Assembly (NCBI GenBank): GCA_965250195.1
Contig: OZ252295.1
Span: forward strand, 1,818,887 to 1,882,886
Origin: Dehalococcoidia bacterium
Lineage (GTDB): Bacteria; Chloroflexota; Dehalococcoidia; Lucifugimonadales; UBA2962
Reading direction: 5' to 3'
Length of the DNA stretch: 64,000 nt
Program-made: the position numbers and the translations under genes
The notes under the pieces: generated by a model
Database searches by the model: none
Seen by the model: only the letters and a program-made list of their open reading frames with translations
Told to the model about the DNA's origin: nothing
Part shown: piece by piece, positions 36,590 to 46,251 of the stretch
How positions within the stretch are numbered: position 1 is the stretch's first letter
Layout of the letters: every line of letters starts with the position of its first letter

Positions 36590-37513
36590 CTAAATCGGTG
36601 ACAGCTTCGTCAGCCGCTGCCCCGAGCCCTTCGACGCTCCGACGGCAGTGACGTGGCCGACGTAGATGTTGCCGGTTGAATCAATTGCGACTCCGTGCGG
36701 CCAGGCGAACAGGCCCGTGTTGTCGGCGGCGCCCCACCGTCCCAGCACCGTGCCATTGAGGTTCAGAAGTGTCACCCGGCCCCCGTGCTCAGTCACCACC
36801 ACGAGCCCGTCCGGACCTTGGTGCACCTTGCTCGGCATAGCCAGGCCCGACCACATGCCCAGGAAACCTCCGTCGAGGTCGTAAATCTGGATACGGTTAT
36901 TGAGCCGGTCGCAGATCAGTACTCGTCCACGGGTATCAATGAACAGGCCGTGTACGAGATGAAACTCGCCCGGTCCGCCCTTGCCCGGCTCACCCCAGCT
37001 CTTTAGCAGCTCGCCGTCCGGCGAGAAGCGGTGCACGCGGCAGTTGGCATAGCCGTTGGCGACGTACACATCCCCGTTCGGCGCCACGCGCACCCCGCTG
37101 GGCACGTTAAACGGGTGCCCGGCCCGTTCGACCGGATTTTTCCAACCCGTCTTACGGCCCTTGGCCAGGGAGTAGCCGGTTTTTGAGGGCTTACCCGGCG
37201 TGCCCATCGTCATCAGCACCTCGCCCTCGGCCGAGTACTTGGTCACTTCGTGCTTATTGCGATTGACCAGGTACACGTTGCCTTCGGGGTCGAAGTCGAT
37301 GCCGTGCACGTTCACGTAGGTGTGCGGCCAGACTCGAACGAGCGTCCCATCCGGCGCGAACACCATCAGCTCGCCCGTGGGAATGTTGAAGGCCCAGACA
37401 TTGTCGTCCGGGTCCACCGCGACAGCGGCGCATTCGGCGAAAGTGTCGGGGTCGGGCGGTTCCCCCCAACTAATGTCCACTTCGTAGCGATACGGCCCGG
37501 CGGTGAGGATCAT
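36590..37513 (-). CDS. NHL-repeat six-bladed beta-propeller protein (peptidyl-hydroxyglycine-lyase-like)
   Basis: 307 aa. Repeated P.GV..D..GN.YV..... motifs. Confidence 0.75.
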   Translation of the reverse strand: MILTAGPYRYEVDISWGEPPDPDTFAECAAVAVDPDDNVWAFNIPTGELMVFAPDGTLVRVWPHTYVNVHGIDFDPEGNVYLVNRNKHEVTKYSAEGEVLMTMGTPGKPSKTGYSLAKGRKTGWKNPVERAGHPFNVPSGVRVAPNGDVYVANGYANCRVHRFSPDGELLKSWGEPGKGGPGEFHLVHGLFIDTRGRVLICDRLNNRIQIYDLDGGFLGMWSGLAMPSKVHQGPDGLVVVTEHGGRVTLLNLNGTVLGRWGAADNTGLFAWPHGVAIDSTGNIYVGHVTAVGASKGSGQRLTKLSPI

Positions 37514-37541
37514 CGCGGCGCGCCCACCCGAGAAATCGGTC

Positions 37542-38381
37542 TCACGGGTTCACCAGTTCTTCATGAGTCGACCAGTAGCCGCCCAGCGGGGTTCGTTTCT
37601 CGGGCACCGTACCCTTCCCTATGCGGAAGTCTTCCACCGAGTCCTCGGGCTCATACCCCAGCACGTCCTGGAAATGGGATATGTCGCGATAGCCCCACTT
37701 GTTGTCCGACGTCACCAGGAACGTCTCGAACGCAACATCGTCGGGCGCGTTCAGCGCGAGCATCAGCGCCTGCACAACGTCGCGATGGCTCAGGTATATC
37801 GAATAATCGTAGGGCTCTTCCGGGACGCCTGAAGGGCGCACCGTACCGATGCGCAGGTTAATTACCGAGAGCCCGTGCACGTCGGAGAAGTGGCGGGCCA
37901 GCCCCTCGGCGGCCATCTTCGAGACGCCGTACAGGCCATACGGGTGGAACACCTTGTGATCGACCATCGGCCATGAGGCCGGTACATCGCCGTATCGCCC
38001 GTCTTCGAGCGCCTTGTACACACTGCCCGGTTCTCGCACGACGCCCTTGATCGTAGCGCCGCTGGACGTATTGACCACGCGCTTTATGCCTGCGAGACGC
38101 GCTGCCTCCAGCACGTTATAGGTGCCGGTGATGTTCACCGCCGCCATCTGTTGCCAGTCCGAGTCCGTCAGCACCGCCGACAGGTGCACCACCGCGTCCT
38201 GCCCTTCGAACGCGCCCTTAATGGCGTCCAGGTCGGAGATATCGGCCTGCACCGTGCGCACGCCCTCCACCGGGCTTCGATTGAGAGCCGTAATCTCATA
38301 GCCGCCGTTGGCATCCATGCGGTCTCTCAGTAGCCCGCCGATCAGCCCACTCACCCCGGTGATGAGAACCGTCTTTGTCAT
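37542..38381 (-). CDS. NAD-dependent epimerase/dehydratase (extended SDR)
   Basis: 279 aa. VLITGVSGLIGG Rossmann motif and YGVSK catalytic motif. Confidence 0.85.
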   Translation of the reverse strand: MTKTVLITGVSGLIGGLLRDRMDANGGYEITALNRSPVEGVRTVQADISDLDAIKGAFEGQDAVVHLSAVLTDSDWQQMAAVNITGTYNVLEAARLAGIKRVVNTSSGATIKGVVREPGSVYKALEDGRYGDVPASWPMVDHKVFHPYGLYGVSKMAAEGLARHFSDVHGLSVINLRIGTVRPSGVPEEPYDYSIYLSHRDVVQALMLALNAPDDVAFETFLVTSDNKWGYRDISHFQDVLGYEPEDSVEDFRIGKGTVPEKRTPLGGYWSTHEELVNP

Positions 38382-38538
38382 GATTATTTCCCTCGTACCA
38401 GGACCATGCCATGCATTGTCCTAGATTGTTAGAGATGAATTGCGCGCCGCACCCGTTACCGAACGTTGCGGCGCAGCGTCAATATAAGGATGACCCCCAT
38501 ATGCGTCAAACTGTGGGTCGACAAGACTAGGAGTACCA

Positions 38539-39276
38539 GTGGAACGAACGGACGGCTTGGACATCCCAGAGATAACGACCGCCGAGATGGTCGAGGTGGA
38601 CCGGGCAATGGTCGAAGACTACGGCATCGACCTGCCCCGAATGATGGAGAACGCCGGTCGCGCACTAGCCCTACTCGCACGCGCCCGCTTCCTCGATGGC
38701 GATCCCGTCGGCAAGCGTGTCGTTGTGCTGGCTGGCTCCGGCGGCAACGGCGGCGGCGGCCTGGTGTGCGCCCGCCGCCTCAGTGCCTGGGGAGCGTCCG
38801 TCGAGGTACACCTGTCACGTCCGGCCGGCGAAATAACGGGCGTGCCCGGCGAGCAGCTTGCCATCCTGCGTCACACAGGCGCGGAGCTGCACGAGCCCGG
38901 CGGGCTGCCCGAACTGGCCGAAGCCGATCTGGTAATCGACGCGCTGCTTGGCTATTCCCTGAGCGGCCCGCCACGAGGCGCGACCCGAATCCTGATTGAC
39001 GCCGCCAACCTGTCCGGCACGCCCGTCCTCGCGCTAGATGTGCCCAGCGGCCTCGATGCGACCAACGGGGAAGTGCCCGGTGTCGCAGTCATCGCCGACG
39101 CCACCATGACGCTGGCACTGCCCAAAATCGGGCTCTCGGCCGAAGCGGCGGAGCAGTACGTGGGCGAGCTTTACCTCGCCGACATCGGCGTGCCACCGGC
39201 GCTTTACGCGCGGGCGCCGCTAAACCTCACCGTCGGCTCCATCTTCGCCGCCCAAGAGATCATCCAACTGCGCTAG
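38539..39276 (+). CDS. nnrE: NAD(P)H-hydrate epimerase (YjeF N-terminal domain)
   Basis: 245 aa. LAGSGGNGGGGLVCARRL and DALLGYSL motifs. GTG start with aggag SD. Confidence 0.8.
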   Translation: MERTDGLDIPEITTAEMVEVDRAMVEDYGIDLPRMMENAGRALALLARARFLDGDPVGKRVVVLAGSGGNGGGGLVCARRLSAWGASVEVHLSRPAGEITGVPGEQLAILRHTGAELHEPGGLPELAEADLVIDALLGYSLSGPPRGATRILIDAANLSGTPVLALDVPSGLDATNGEVPGVAVIADATMTLALPKIGLSAEAAEQYVGELYLADIGVPPALYARAPLNLTVGSIFAAQEIIQLR

Positions 39277-39281
39277 CGCAG

Positions 39282-40301
39282 TTAAAGAGTGCGGCCCACC
39301 GCCTCGGCGATAGTCTGCATCTCTTTGGCGAGGTCAGGTATCTCAGCCGCCGGGATCGACTGCGGCCCGTCGCTCAGCGCCTCCGCCGGGTTCGGGTGGC
39401 TCTCGATAATCAGTCCGTCCGCCCCAGCTGCAATAGCGGCACGGCCCATAGGGATAACGAACTCCCGCACGCCCGTCCCGTGGCTGGGGTCGGCTATTAC
39501 AGGCAGGTGGGACTCCTTCTTGGCGATCTGGATCGCCGTCAGGTCCAGTACATTGCGGGCGAACTCCCCGTCGAACGACCGGATGCCTCGCTCGCAGAGG
39601 ATGACGTTCGGGTTGCCTATCTTGAGGATGTACTCCGCCGCCAACAGCCACTCCTTTATCGTCGCGTGGAAGCCGCGCTTGAGCAGCACCGGTTTGCCCG
39701 TCTCGGCCACCCTCTCCAGTAGACGGAACGTGTGCATCGTGCGCGCGCCGATCTGGAGGATGTCCGCGTACGCGGCCACGTCCTGCACGTCCGCCTCCGA
39801 CATCACCTCGGTGACAATTTTGAGCCCCGTCTTTTCCCTCGCTTCGGCCAGGAGTCGTAGGCCCTCGATGAACAGCCCCTGGAAGCTATAGGGCGACGTG
39901 CGCGGCTTGAAAGCGCCGCCGCGCAGAATGGGGAACCCCGCGCCCTTCACCGCCTCGGTCGTCGCCATCAGCTGCTCCCTGCTCTCTACCGCACAGGGGC
40001 CAACCATCATCACGACCCTGTTGCCGCCGATCTTCACGCCCCCCACGTCCACCACCGTGTCCGCCGGGTGGAACTCGCGGCTAGCCTCCTTGTAGGCCTT
40101 CTGCACCCGCAGCAGGCTCTCGACTCCGGGTAAGTCTCCAAGGCCATCGAGGCGCTGGTCGCCGGCCGTATCGCCGCGCACCGCGACTATCGTCTGGAGT
40201 TCGCCGGACGTCAGGGCCGTCTCGAACCCCAGCGCCCGCACCCGGTCCTGCACCGCGCCCAAGTCCTCCGGACTGGCGTCCGCTCGCATTACAACAATCA
40301 A
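39282..40301 (-). CDS. 3-deoxy-7-phosphoheptulonate (DAHP) synthase, type I-beta, with N-terminal ferredoxin-like regulatory domain
   Basis: KDO8PS/DAHPS core (GPCAVES, LLKRG, DPSHG). N-terminus IVVMRADAS... resembles Thermotoga-type regulated DAHPS. Start set at TTG 40301, 7 nt after gaggag; the ORF-track start is 40316. Confidence 0.85.
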   Translation of the reverse strand: MIVVMRADASPEDLGAVQDRVRALGFETALTSGELQTIVAVRGDTAGDQRLDGLGDLPGVESLLRVQKAYKEASREFHPADTVVDVGGVKIGGNRVVMMVGPCAVESREQLMATTEAVKGAGFPILRGGAFKPRTSPYSFQGLFIEGLRLLAEAREKTGLKIVTEVMSEADVQDVAAYADILQIGARTMHTFRLLERVAETGKPVLLKRGFHATIKEWLLAAEYILKIGNPNVILCERGIRSFDGEFARNVLDLTAIQIAKKESHLPVIADPSHGTGVREFVIPMGRAAIAAGADGLIIESHPNPAEALSDGPQSIPAAEIPDLAKEMQTIAEAVGRTL

Positions 40302-40321
40302 TGTGTGTCTCCTCAATAGAA

Positions 40322-40345
40322 AAGGCCCTCCGGAGGGAGGGCCTT
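40322..40345 (-). terminator. strong hairpin plus U-tract immediately upstream of the DAHP synthase SD (attenuator candidate)
   Basis: Sense sequence: AAGGCCCTCC-ctcc-GGAGGGCCTT followed by TTCTATT, then GAGGAG and the start. Confidence 0.6.
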
Positions 40346-40426
40346 ATCGCACTTGCTACCGGTTCGTCGTTCTCTAACGTCGGCCGAGGTCCTCCCATTC
40401 GCCTTGCGGCGGGTAAAAGCTCCAAA

Positions 40427-40454
40427 AATATAAGCTGCGGATCGCTCGGTTCAA
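40427..40454 (-). promoter_or_regulatory. candidate promoter for the DAHP synthase leader
   Basis: Sense TTGAAC (40454-40449), 16-nt spacer, TATATT (40432-40427), located between the ADH stop and the hairpin. Confidence 0.45.
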
Positions 40455-40520
40455 CATCTCTACCTAAAGTCTACTACTAACGCTTCGTCCCAGGCCCTTT
40501 GTACCCGGCATACGGGCCCG

Positions 40521-41585
40521 TTAGAACGTCAGCAGCGCCCGTCCGGCGATCTTGCCGTTCGTCAGATCACTCATCGCCTCGTTCGCCTGCTCAATCGGGT
40601 AGTGCCGCGTGACCAGCTTGTCCAGCGGGAACTTCCCCTCGGCATTTAACCGGAGGTACATCGGAAAGTCCCTGTCGGGGACCGCCGAGCCGTGGCTGCC
40701 CCGGAACTGGCGCTGATGGTAGACGAAGTGCTCGGCGTTCAGCTTGAACTCCGGCTGCGGCCAGCCAATCATCACCGCCATGCCGCCCACGTTGTCGCCG
40801 CCCGGCCCGCCGCCGCGCACCATCGGCAAAATGAGCTCGTGCGTGGGGATCGAGCCCACCGCGTCGAAGGCGAAGTCAGCGCCGTTGCCCGTTATCTCCC
40901 ACACCGCCTCGATGGGGTCCACCTTCTTGGAGTTGATCGTATGGGTCGCCCCCCAGCCCTTGGAGAATTCCAGCTTCTCGTCGTCGATATCGACAGCGAT
41001 CAGCGGGTACGCCTGCAATAGCGAAGCCATCTTGATGGCGGACAGCCCGACGCCCCCGGCGCCGATCACCACTACCGAGTCTTCAGGCCGCACCTTCGCC
41101 GTGTGGTATACGGCGCCAGCGCCGGTCAATACTGCACAACCAACAATGGAACTCTCCATCGTAGCCTGATCTGCTGGTATTTTGACTGCCAGTTGGTCGC
41201 TGACCAGGCAATCCTCGGCGAACGTCCCCACCGGTCCGTGAACCAGCTCGCCCCTGAACTTCACGCCAATCGGGCTGAGGCCGTCGATGAAGCCTCGTCC
41301 CGGGAACCCGTCCCTGGGAACCCAGGTAGTGATAGCGTGGTCGCCCTCTTTCAAATGAGTCACGTCCTTGCCGACGTGCGTCACCACGCCCACACCCTCG
41401 TGGCCGAGAAGCTGCGGGCACTGGTCGTCGGGGACCAGTTGGAGCTGGTGGACCTGCGAAAGACACAGTCCCGTTGCTGACTGTTTGACGATCACCTGGT
41501 GCGGTCCGGGGTCCGGCACCTCCATCTCGTCGATAGCCATCCGCTGGTTGGTCCCGACCATTACGGCCGCCCGCGTCTTCAACAT
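40521..41585 (-). CDS. zinc-type alcohol dehydrogenase (MDR family)
   Basis: 354 aa. GLCLSQVH, GHEGVGVV and GAGGVGLS motifs. Confidence 0.85.
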   Translation of the reverse strand: MLKTRAAVMVGTNQRMAIDEMEVPDPGPHQVIVKQSATGLCLSQVHQLQLVPDDQCPQLLGHEGVGVVTHVGKDVTHLKEGDHAITTWVPRDGFPGRGFIDGLSPIGVKFRGELVHGPVGTFAEDCLVSDQLAVKIPADQATMESSIVGCAVLTGAGAVYHTAKVRPEDSVVVIGAGGVGLSAIKMASLLQAYPLIAVDIDDEKLEFSKGWGATHTINSKKVDPIEAVWEITGNGADFAFDAVGSIPTHELILPMVRGGGPGGDNVGGMAVMIGWPQPEFKLNAEHFVYHQRQFRGSHGSAVPDRDFPMYLRLNAEGKFPLDKLVTRHYPIEQANEAMSDLTNGKIAGRALLTF

Positions 41586-41869
41586 CGCTACTCCTCGTAT
41601 ACTGGTTGATGGAACGACTTCCTCGTATAGGAAGAATCTATCGAACCGATAAGTAAATAGGGTTTCTCTAATATCGGGCGACCGTTTTACCGGTGCCAGA
41701 TATCACACACCAGCGGAATCCTAACATACGACACCACCCTCAAACGGACGGCTCCGGTCCTGCCCTGCATCCCGGTGATGGCCCGTTTTCGTACATATTA
41801 AAGAGCACCATCAGGGACTGGATTTTGAGCATTTTCGGAAAGACGAAACTTAGGTACGGCCGCATACGC

Positions 41870-42601
41870 ATGCTGCTGGTGCTGGGCCTCGTGCTCGCCG
41901 CCGCCGTCACGGGCGCCGCCAAGTGCGAGGGACGCTTCTCCGGCGGCACGGAGGACTTCACCGAAGAGCGTCTGGAGACCGCCATCACCATCGGCCAGAG
42001 CGACGCCGACTACGGCCTCACGCTGGCGGCGGTGGCGGCCTACATGGCCGAGTTCGCCTTCGGTTTCCAGGTGGAGGTCGTGTCCCTCGCTGCCGGAGAA
42101 GTGCAGACTGCGCTGGAGAGCGGCCGGGTCGACCTCGTCCTGGACGCCGGTCAGCCAGACATCGACGAATGGTTCAAGGCGGCCGTAACGAACGGGACCA
42201 TCCTCAGCACGGGGACCACATATATCGACGAGGACGACTTCCCCGTCAGCGGGGCGGTGAGCCCGAGGCTGGCGGAGCTGGGAGCTGACTTCGTCGCGAC
42301 CCTGACGGTCATGGAGCTGCGCCAGTCGCGGTTGGAAGAGACCGAGACGTGGTGGCACGACAACGATATCGACGGCGAGTTCCGCGCCGCCATCTACTTT
42401 CTGTGGAACTTCAACTACGAAGACGACTGGAAATCGTGGATGAAGTGGGATCCGGCAGAGCGCGTCCGCCAGCAGCTCGAACGCTTCGCCAAGGTGCGTT
42501 ACCCTGATTTGTACGAGGGCATCGAGTACAACGAGCGCTTCAATCCCATTGTCTACGACGAGAACGGCACCCCCATACCCGTTAACTACGACGACGAGTA
42601 G
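41870..42601 (+). CDS. hypothetical secreted protein, weak resemblance to an OpuAC-type substrate-binding fold
   Basis: Hydrophobic N-terminus MLLVLGLVLAAAVTGAA. The start could instead be TTG 41825. The ORF-track start 41693 is unlikely. Confidence 0.5.
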   Translation: MLLVLGLVLAAAVTGAAKCEGRFSGGTEDFTEERLETAITIGQSDADYGLTLAAVAAYMAEFAFGFQVEVVSLAAGEVQTALESGRVDLVLDAGQPDIDEWFKAAVTNGTILSTGTTYIDEDDFPVSGAVSPRLAELGADFVATLTVMELRQSRLEETETWWHDNDIDGEFRAAIYFLWNFNYEDDWKSWMKWDPAERVRQQLERFAKVRYPDLYEGIEYNERFNPIVYDENGTPIPVNYDDE

Positions 42602-42613
42602 GGTAGCCGCCCT

Positions 42614-43147
42614 CTAAAGGGAACTGGCTAACTCGGCCCAGTCTCGCACCATTTGGCGCTGCCCGCCGGTGTAAGGCGAGCCCATGGGCCCGCCGATCAG
42701 GCCGTCCCGCATCCGGCCCATCTCGTCCAGTGCCTGCTGACCGGACAGGCCGCAGCGCACCAGCCAGCAGCCCACCACCGCGCCCGTCCTGCCCATGCCG
42801 ATCATGCAGTGCACGTAGACCACCTCGCCCGCTTCGAGCGCCCCATCGACAGTGTCCAGCACTCGCACCATGATCTCCGGTTCGGGCGGCGTCATATCGG
42901 GAATCGGGAACCTAATGTAGGCGGCGGCCTTGCCCCGCAACGCGGCCTCGTCTACCAGGACGTCTGAATAGGGTTCCAACTCGCCCGCCTCTGTCAGGTC
43001 GATGAACGTCGTAATCCCGGCGTCCAGTAGTGAACGCAGCTTCGGCCGGGCGACGTCGCCGTCCAGCGAACCGGGATAGCTACCCGCCATGAACCGGCCG
43101 GGGCTCACCCAGTACGAGTGGTCCACCGGCCCGTAAGCGTCAATCAC
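42614..43147 (-). CDS. Cys-based protein tyrosine/dual-specificity phosphatase
   Basis: 177 aa. VHCMIGMGRTG matches the HCX5R(T) signature. Confidence 0.8.
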   Translation of the reverse strand: MIDAYGPVDHSYWVSPGRFMAGSYPGSLDGDVARPKLRSLLDAGITTFIDLTEAGELEPYSDVLVDEAALRGKAAAYIRFPIPDMTPPEPEIMVRVLDTVDGALEAGEVVYVHCMIGMGRTGAVVGCWLVRCGLSGQQALDEMGRMRDGLIGGPMGSPYTGGQRQMVRDWAELASSL

Positions 43148-43175
43148 CAGTTGGGCCCGTCCCCCTAACTATTAA

Positions 43176-44363
43176 TCACCAGTTGGACCCGTCCCGGGTC
43201 CAGGCGTGCTCCCGCGCTACGTCCTCGTTCAGGTCCGTGCCCCAGCCCGGTCCCGTCGGCGTCTTCATGCGGCCGTCCTCTATCTCCGGCAGCTTGGTGA
43301 CGAGATCGTCCTTCCATGGCACATCGTCCACGTCGATCTCCATGATGCGAACGTTGGCGAGGACCGCGCATAGGCTCGCACTAATGTAGCTGGCCAGATG
43401 AGAGTAGAAGTTGTGCGGCGCCACGTTCAACTCGTGCGACTCGGCCAGGTCGCCGACCTTCTTGGACTGGGCGAACCCGTTCCAAGGCACGTCGATCATG
43501 TACACATCGGCGCTGCGGGCGAGGAAATAGGGCAGGTAGCCGCGCATGTAGTAAAGGTTCTCCCCCGTGCAGATCCTGGTACTCGTAGAGTCCTTTATCT
43601 GGCGCAAGGCCTCTGGGTCGTACATGTCGACTTCGAGCCACAGTAGATCGAGAGGCTCTAGCGCTTTGGCAATGCGCATGACGGCCTCCGGCTTGAAGTT
43701 GAAGTTCAGGTCCAGGTTGATGTCGATGTTCGGGCCCACCGCGTCGCGGAACGTGCCAATCTGGGCCACGATGTGGTCCAGCAGCGCCCGATCGACATCT
43801 TGATCCGTCGTGCCCGGTCCGCCGCCGAAGCCAGGAAAGTGCAGCGACGCCGGTTCACCGGGCAGGATGATGTTCGTCTTCAGCGCCGTATAGCCCCGTG
43901 CGACGACCTCCCGGCCGAGGTCAGCGAGGTCGTCGAGCGTGCGTATCGGCGGCGTGCCCAGAAGTTCGTGGTTGGTCGCCCGAGTCGAGCCGCAATGCGA
44001 CCAGTAAAGGCGCACGTCGTCCCGGGTCGGCCCCCCAAACATCTCGACGACCGATATGCCCAGCGCCTTGGCCTTGAGGTCCAGCAGCGCGTTCTCGACG
44101 CCCGCAATCGCCTTGGCGCCGATGCCTCCGATGCTCTGGCGGGTGCGGCGCATCATGTCCCAGTAGCGCATCTCGAATGCCGTCGGGTCGGCGCCGATCA
44201 GAAGGTCAGACATGTCCTGAATCGTACCCACCACCCCGTGCGGAGAGCGCCCGTCCGAGCACTCCCCGTAGCCGACAGTGCCATCGTCCGCCTCGATCTT
44301 TACGAAGATCCAGGGCCGCCACCCGGCGTCGACAATAAAAGTCTCGATGTTTGCGATCTTCAT
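43176..44363 (-). CDS. enolase-superfamily dehydratase (mandelate racemase / D-galactonate dehydratase family)
   Basis: Start set at ATG 44363 (MKIANIETFIVDAGWRPWIFVKIEADDGTVGYGE...), preceded by ggagggg. The ORF track adds 40 aa. Confidence 0.85.
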   Translation of the reverse strand: MKIANIETFIVDAGWRPWIFVKIEADDGTVGYGECSDGRSPHGVVGTIQDMSDLLIGADPTAFEMRYWDMMRRTRQSIGGIGAKAIAGVENALLDLKAKALGISVVEMFGGPTRDDVRLYWSHCGSTRATNHELLGTPPIRTLDDLADLGREVVARGYTALKTNIILPGEPASLHFPGFGGGPGTTDQDVDRALLDHIVAQIGTFRDAVGPNIDINLDLNFNFKPEAVMRIAKALEPLDLLWLEVDMYDPEALRQIKDSTSTRICTGENLYYMRGYLPYFLARSADVYMIDVPWNGFAQSKKVGDLAESHELNVAPHNFYSHLASYISASLCAVLANVRIMEIDVDDVPWKDDLVTKLPEIEDGRMKTPTGPGWGTDLNEDVAREHAWTRDGSNW

Positions 44364-44485
44364 GGTTTGAGAGCCCCTCCGTAGGCTAATGAGGTCGGCG
44401 GATTGTAACCCAGGGCAGCGCTGCGGCATGGCATGACCGGGTGTTACATTCCACCCCCAGGCTCTGAGATTAAGAGGAACCATCC

Positions 44486-45154
44486 ATGACCGAGAAGCCC
44501 AATCCCGGCCGCACCCTGACCGAGCGCCTGTCTCGCTGCTACAGTGGTGCGGTCTACGATGCCATGCGCGATCTCGGCATGCCCGCTTCAGCGCTGCCCA
44601 GCGACATACGGCCGCTCGACCCCAAACGGACGCTCGTCGGTCCCATCTGGGCGGCCGAAGGCAGGCCCCAGCCCGGCATCGACGCTGACACCTCTCTGTT
44701 GGGCTGGACCCGGCTGCTCAGCGCCGCGCCATCGGGCTCGGTCGTCGTGTGTCAGCCCAACGACGACTCCATCGCGCACATGGGCGAACTGTCCGCTGAA
44801 ACTCTCCGACTGAGAGGGGTCACCGGTTACCTCGTGGACGGTGGCTGTCGAGATACCGACTTCATCACCCGCATGGGCTTTCCCGTCTTCTGCCGCTACA
44901 ATACCCCGGCCGACATTGTCGGCCGCTGGGCCGTCACGGCCCTGGGCGAGCCGATAAGCATCGGCGGAGTGCCAGTCGAAACCGGAGATTTTTTGCTGGC
45001 GGACATAGACGGCGCGGTGGTGATTCCAGAGGCCAGGGTTGAAGAAGTCGTCGCCGAGGCCGAGCGCCTCATGACCACCGAGAGCGAGCTGCGCAACGCC
45101 ATCATGTCCGGCATGGACCCGAGCGAGGCATATCTCCGGTTCAGGGTCTTCTAG
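44486..45154 (+). CDS. RraA-family protein (HMG/oxaloacetate aldolase-like)
   Basis: 222 aa. GELSAETLRLRGVTGYLVDGGCRD motif. Confidence 0.85.
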   Translation: MTEKPNPGRTLTERLSRCYSGAVYDAMRDLGMPASALPSDIRPLDPKRTLVGPIWAAEGRPQPGIDADTSLLGWTRLLSAAPSGSVVVCQPNDDSIAHMGELSAETLRLRGVTGYLVDGGCRDTDFITRMGFPVFCRYNTPADIVGRWAVTALGEPISIGGVPVETGDFLLADIDGAVVIPEARVEEVVAEAERLMTTESELRNAIMSGMDPSEAYLRFRVF

Positions 45155-46137
45155 GCACCCATCTCCGAAGCAGCCGGAATCCCTCCCAGCCCCGTCGCTG
45201 CGAGCACGCCGCTGACGGCTGCCTGTGCCACGCAGTGGGCCGCCGCCGCTCCCAGCCGGGTCATGTCCACCGGCGTGTCCGTCGCGCCCGTGCCAATAGC
45301 GAACAGCGTGTCTCCGTCGTACTGCAGGTGCGCGGGCCGCACCGCCAGGGCGATGCCGTCGTGCCCTACCGTCGCCAGCCGGTTCGCCTCAGTCGTCGTG
45401 AGCCGAACGTTCGTGGCGATAATGCCGATCGTGGTATTCGTGCCGGATGCCCACCTGGGCGGCGAGTAAGCATCGGAGACAATCAGCTTCAGCGAGTCGA
45501 CAATCGCGCCGTCGGAATCACGGGGGCCTGCCAGTATCCGGCCGTCGGCCGGGTCGTAAATCCCGCCGATGGAGTTCGTCACCACCGTCGCTCCCACCAT
45601 CACACCGTCTCCAAGGTCCACCGACGCCGTGCCGAACCCGCCCTTCATCGCCTGTTTTAGCTCTCCCAGCTTGCCCACCGTTGCCCCAGTCCCGGCACCC
45701 ACAGTGCCCTGTGGTGACGCCGAGTCGAGCGCCGACTCGCTGGCAGAAAAGCCATCGTCGGCCGTCGGCCTGACCCGGTGGTTTATAAAGCCCAGGTCGA
45801 AAATGACGGCCCCTGGGACTCGGGGGACATAAATGCGACCGAGCCGGTAGCCTTTTCGATGAGCTTCGAGATAGCGCAGAATGCCCGACGCTGCGTCGAG
45901 GCCGAACACCGTGCCCCCGGTGAGCAAGATCGCGTGCACCACCGAGTCCACTGAAGTGGGTGAAAGCATGGCGATCTCCCGGGAGCCGGGAAACGCGCCC
46001 ATCACCGAGACGCCGCCCACGGCGCCGTCCTCGCACAGGATCACCGAGCAGCCGGTACCTGCGCCGGGGTCTGTGTGGTGGCCGACCCGGATGCCGGTAA
46101 CGTCGGTGATGCAGTTGCCCGGTCCGGTCACGATCAT
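45151..46137 (-). CDS. peptidase S58 / DmpA (L-aminopeptidase/D-esterase) family
   Basis: 328 aa. ITDVTGIRVGHHTD start and GTNTTIGIIATN self-processing region. Confidence 0.85.
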   Translation of the reverse strand: MIVTGPGNCITDVTGIRVGHHTDPGAGTGCSVILCEDGAVGGVSVMGAFPGSREIAMLSPTSVDSVVHAILLTGGTVFGLDAASGILRYLEAHRKGYRLGRIYVPRVPGAVIFDLGFINHRVRPTADDGFSASESALDSASPQGTVGAGTGATVGKLGELKQAMKGGFGTASVDLGDGVMVGATVVTNSIGGIYDPADGRILAGPRDSDGAIVDSLKLIVSDAYSPPRWASGTNTTIGIIATNVRLTTTEANRLATVGHDGIALAVRPAHLQYDGDTLFAIGTGATDTPVDMTRLGAAAAHCVAQAAVSGVLAATGLGGIPAASEMGA

Positions 46138-46251
46138 AGGCGCCCCATGCTACACTCCCGCCCACTGTAGGAGCACCCTCGCTGGGCGTGCGCACCCGGT
46201 AGCACCGGGCACCAGACGAAGACCAGGCGAAGCTCGGGGGAAACGGGGAAG

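Noticed and set aside
38444-38474. 8-bp inverted repeat GCGCCGCA-N15-TGCGGCGC in the epimerase/nnrE divergent region.
   Set aside because: A GC-rich 8-mer palindrome in high-GC DNA has modest significance. There are no second copy, no adjacent regulator and no T-tract, so it is not reported as a feature.
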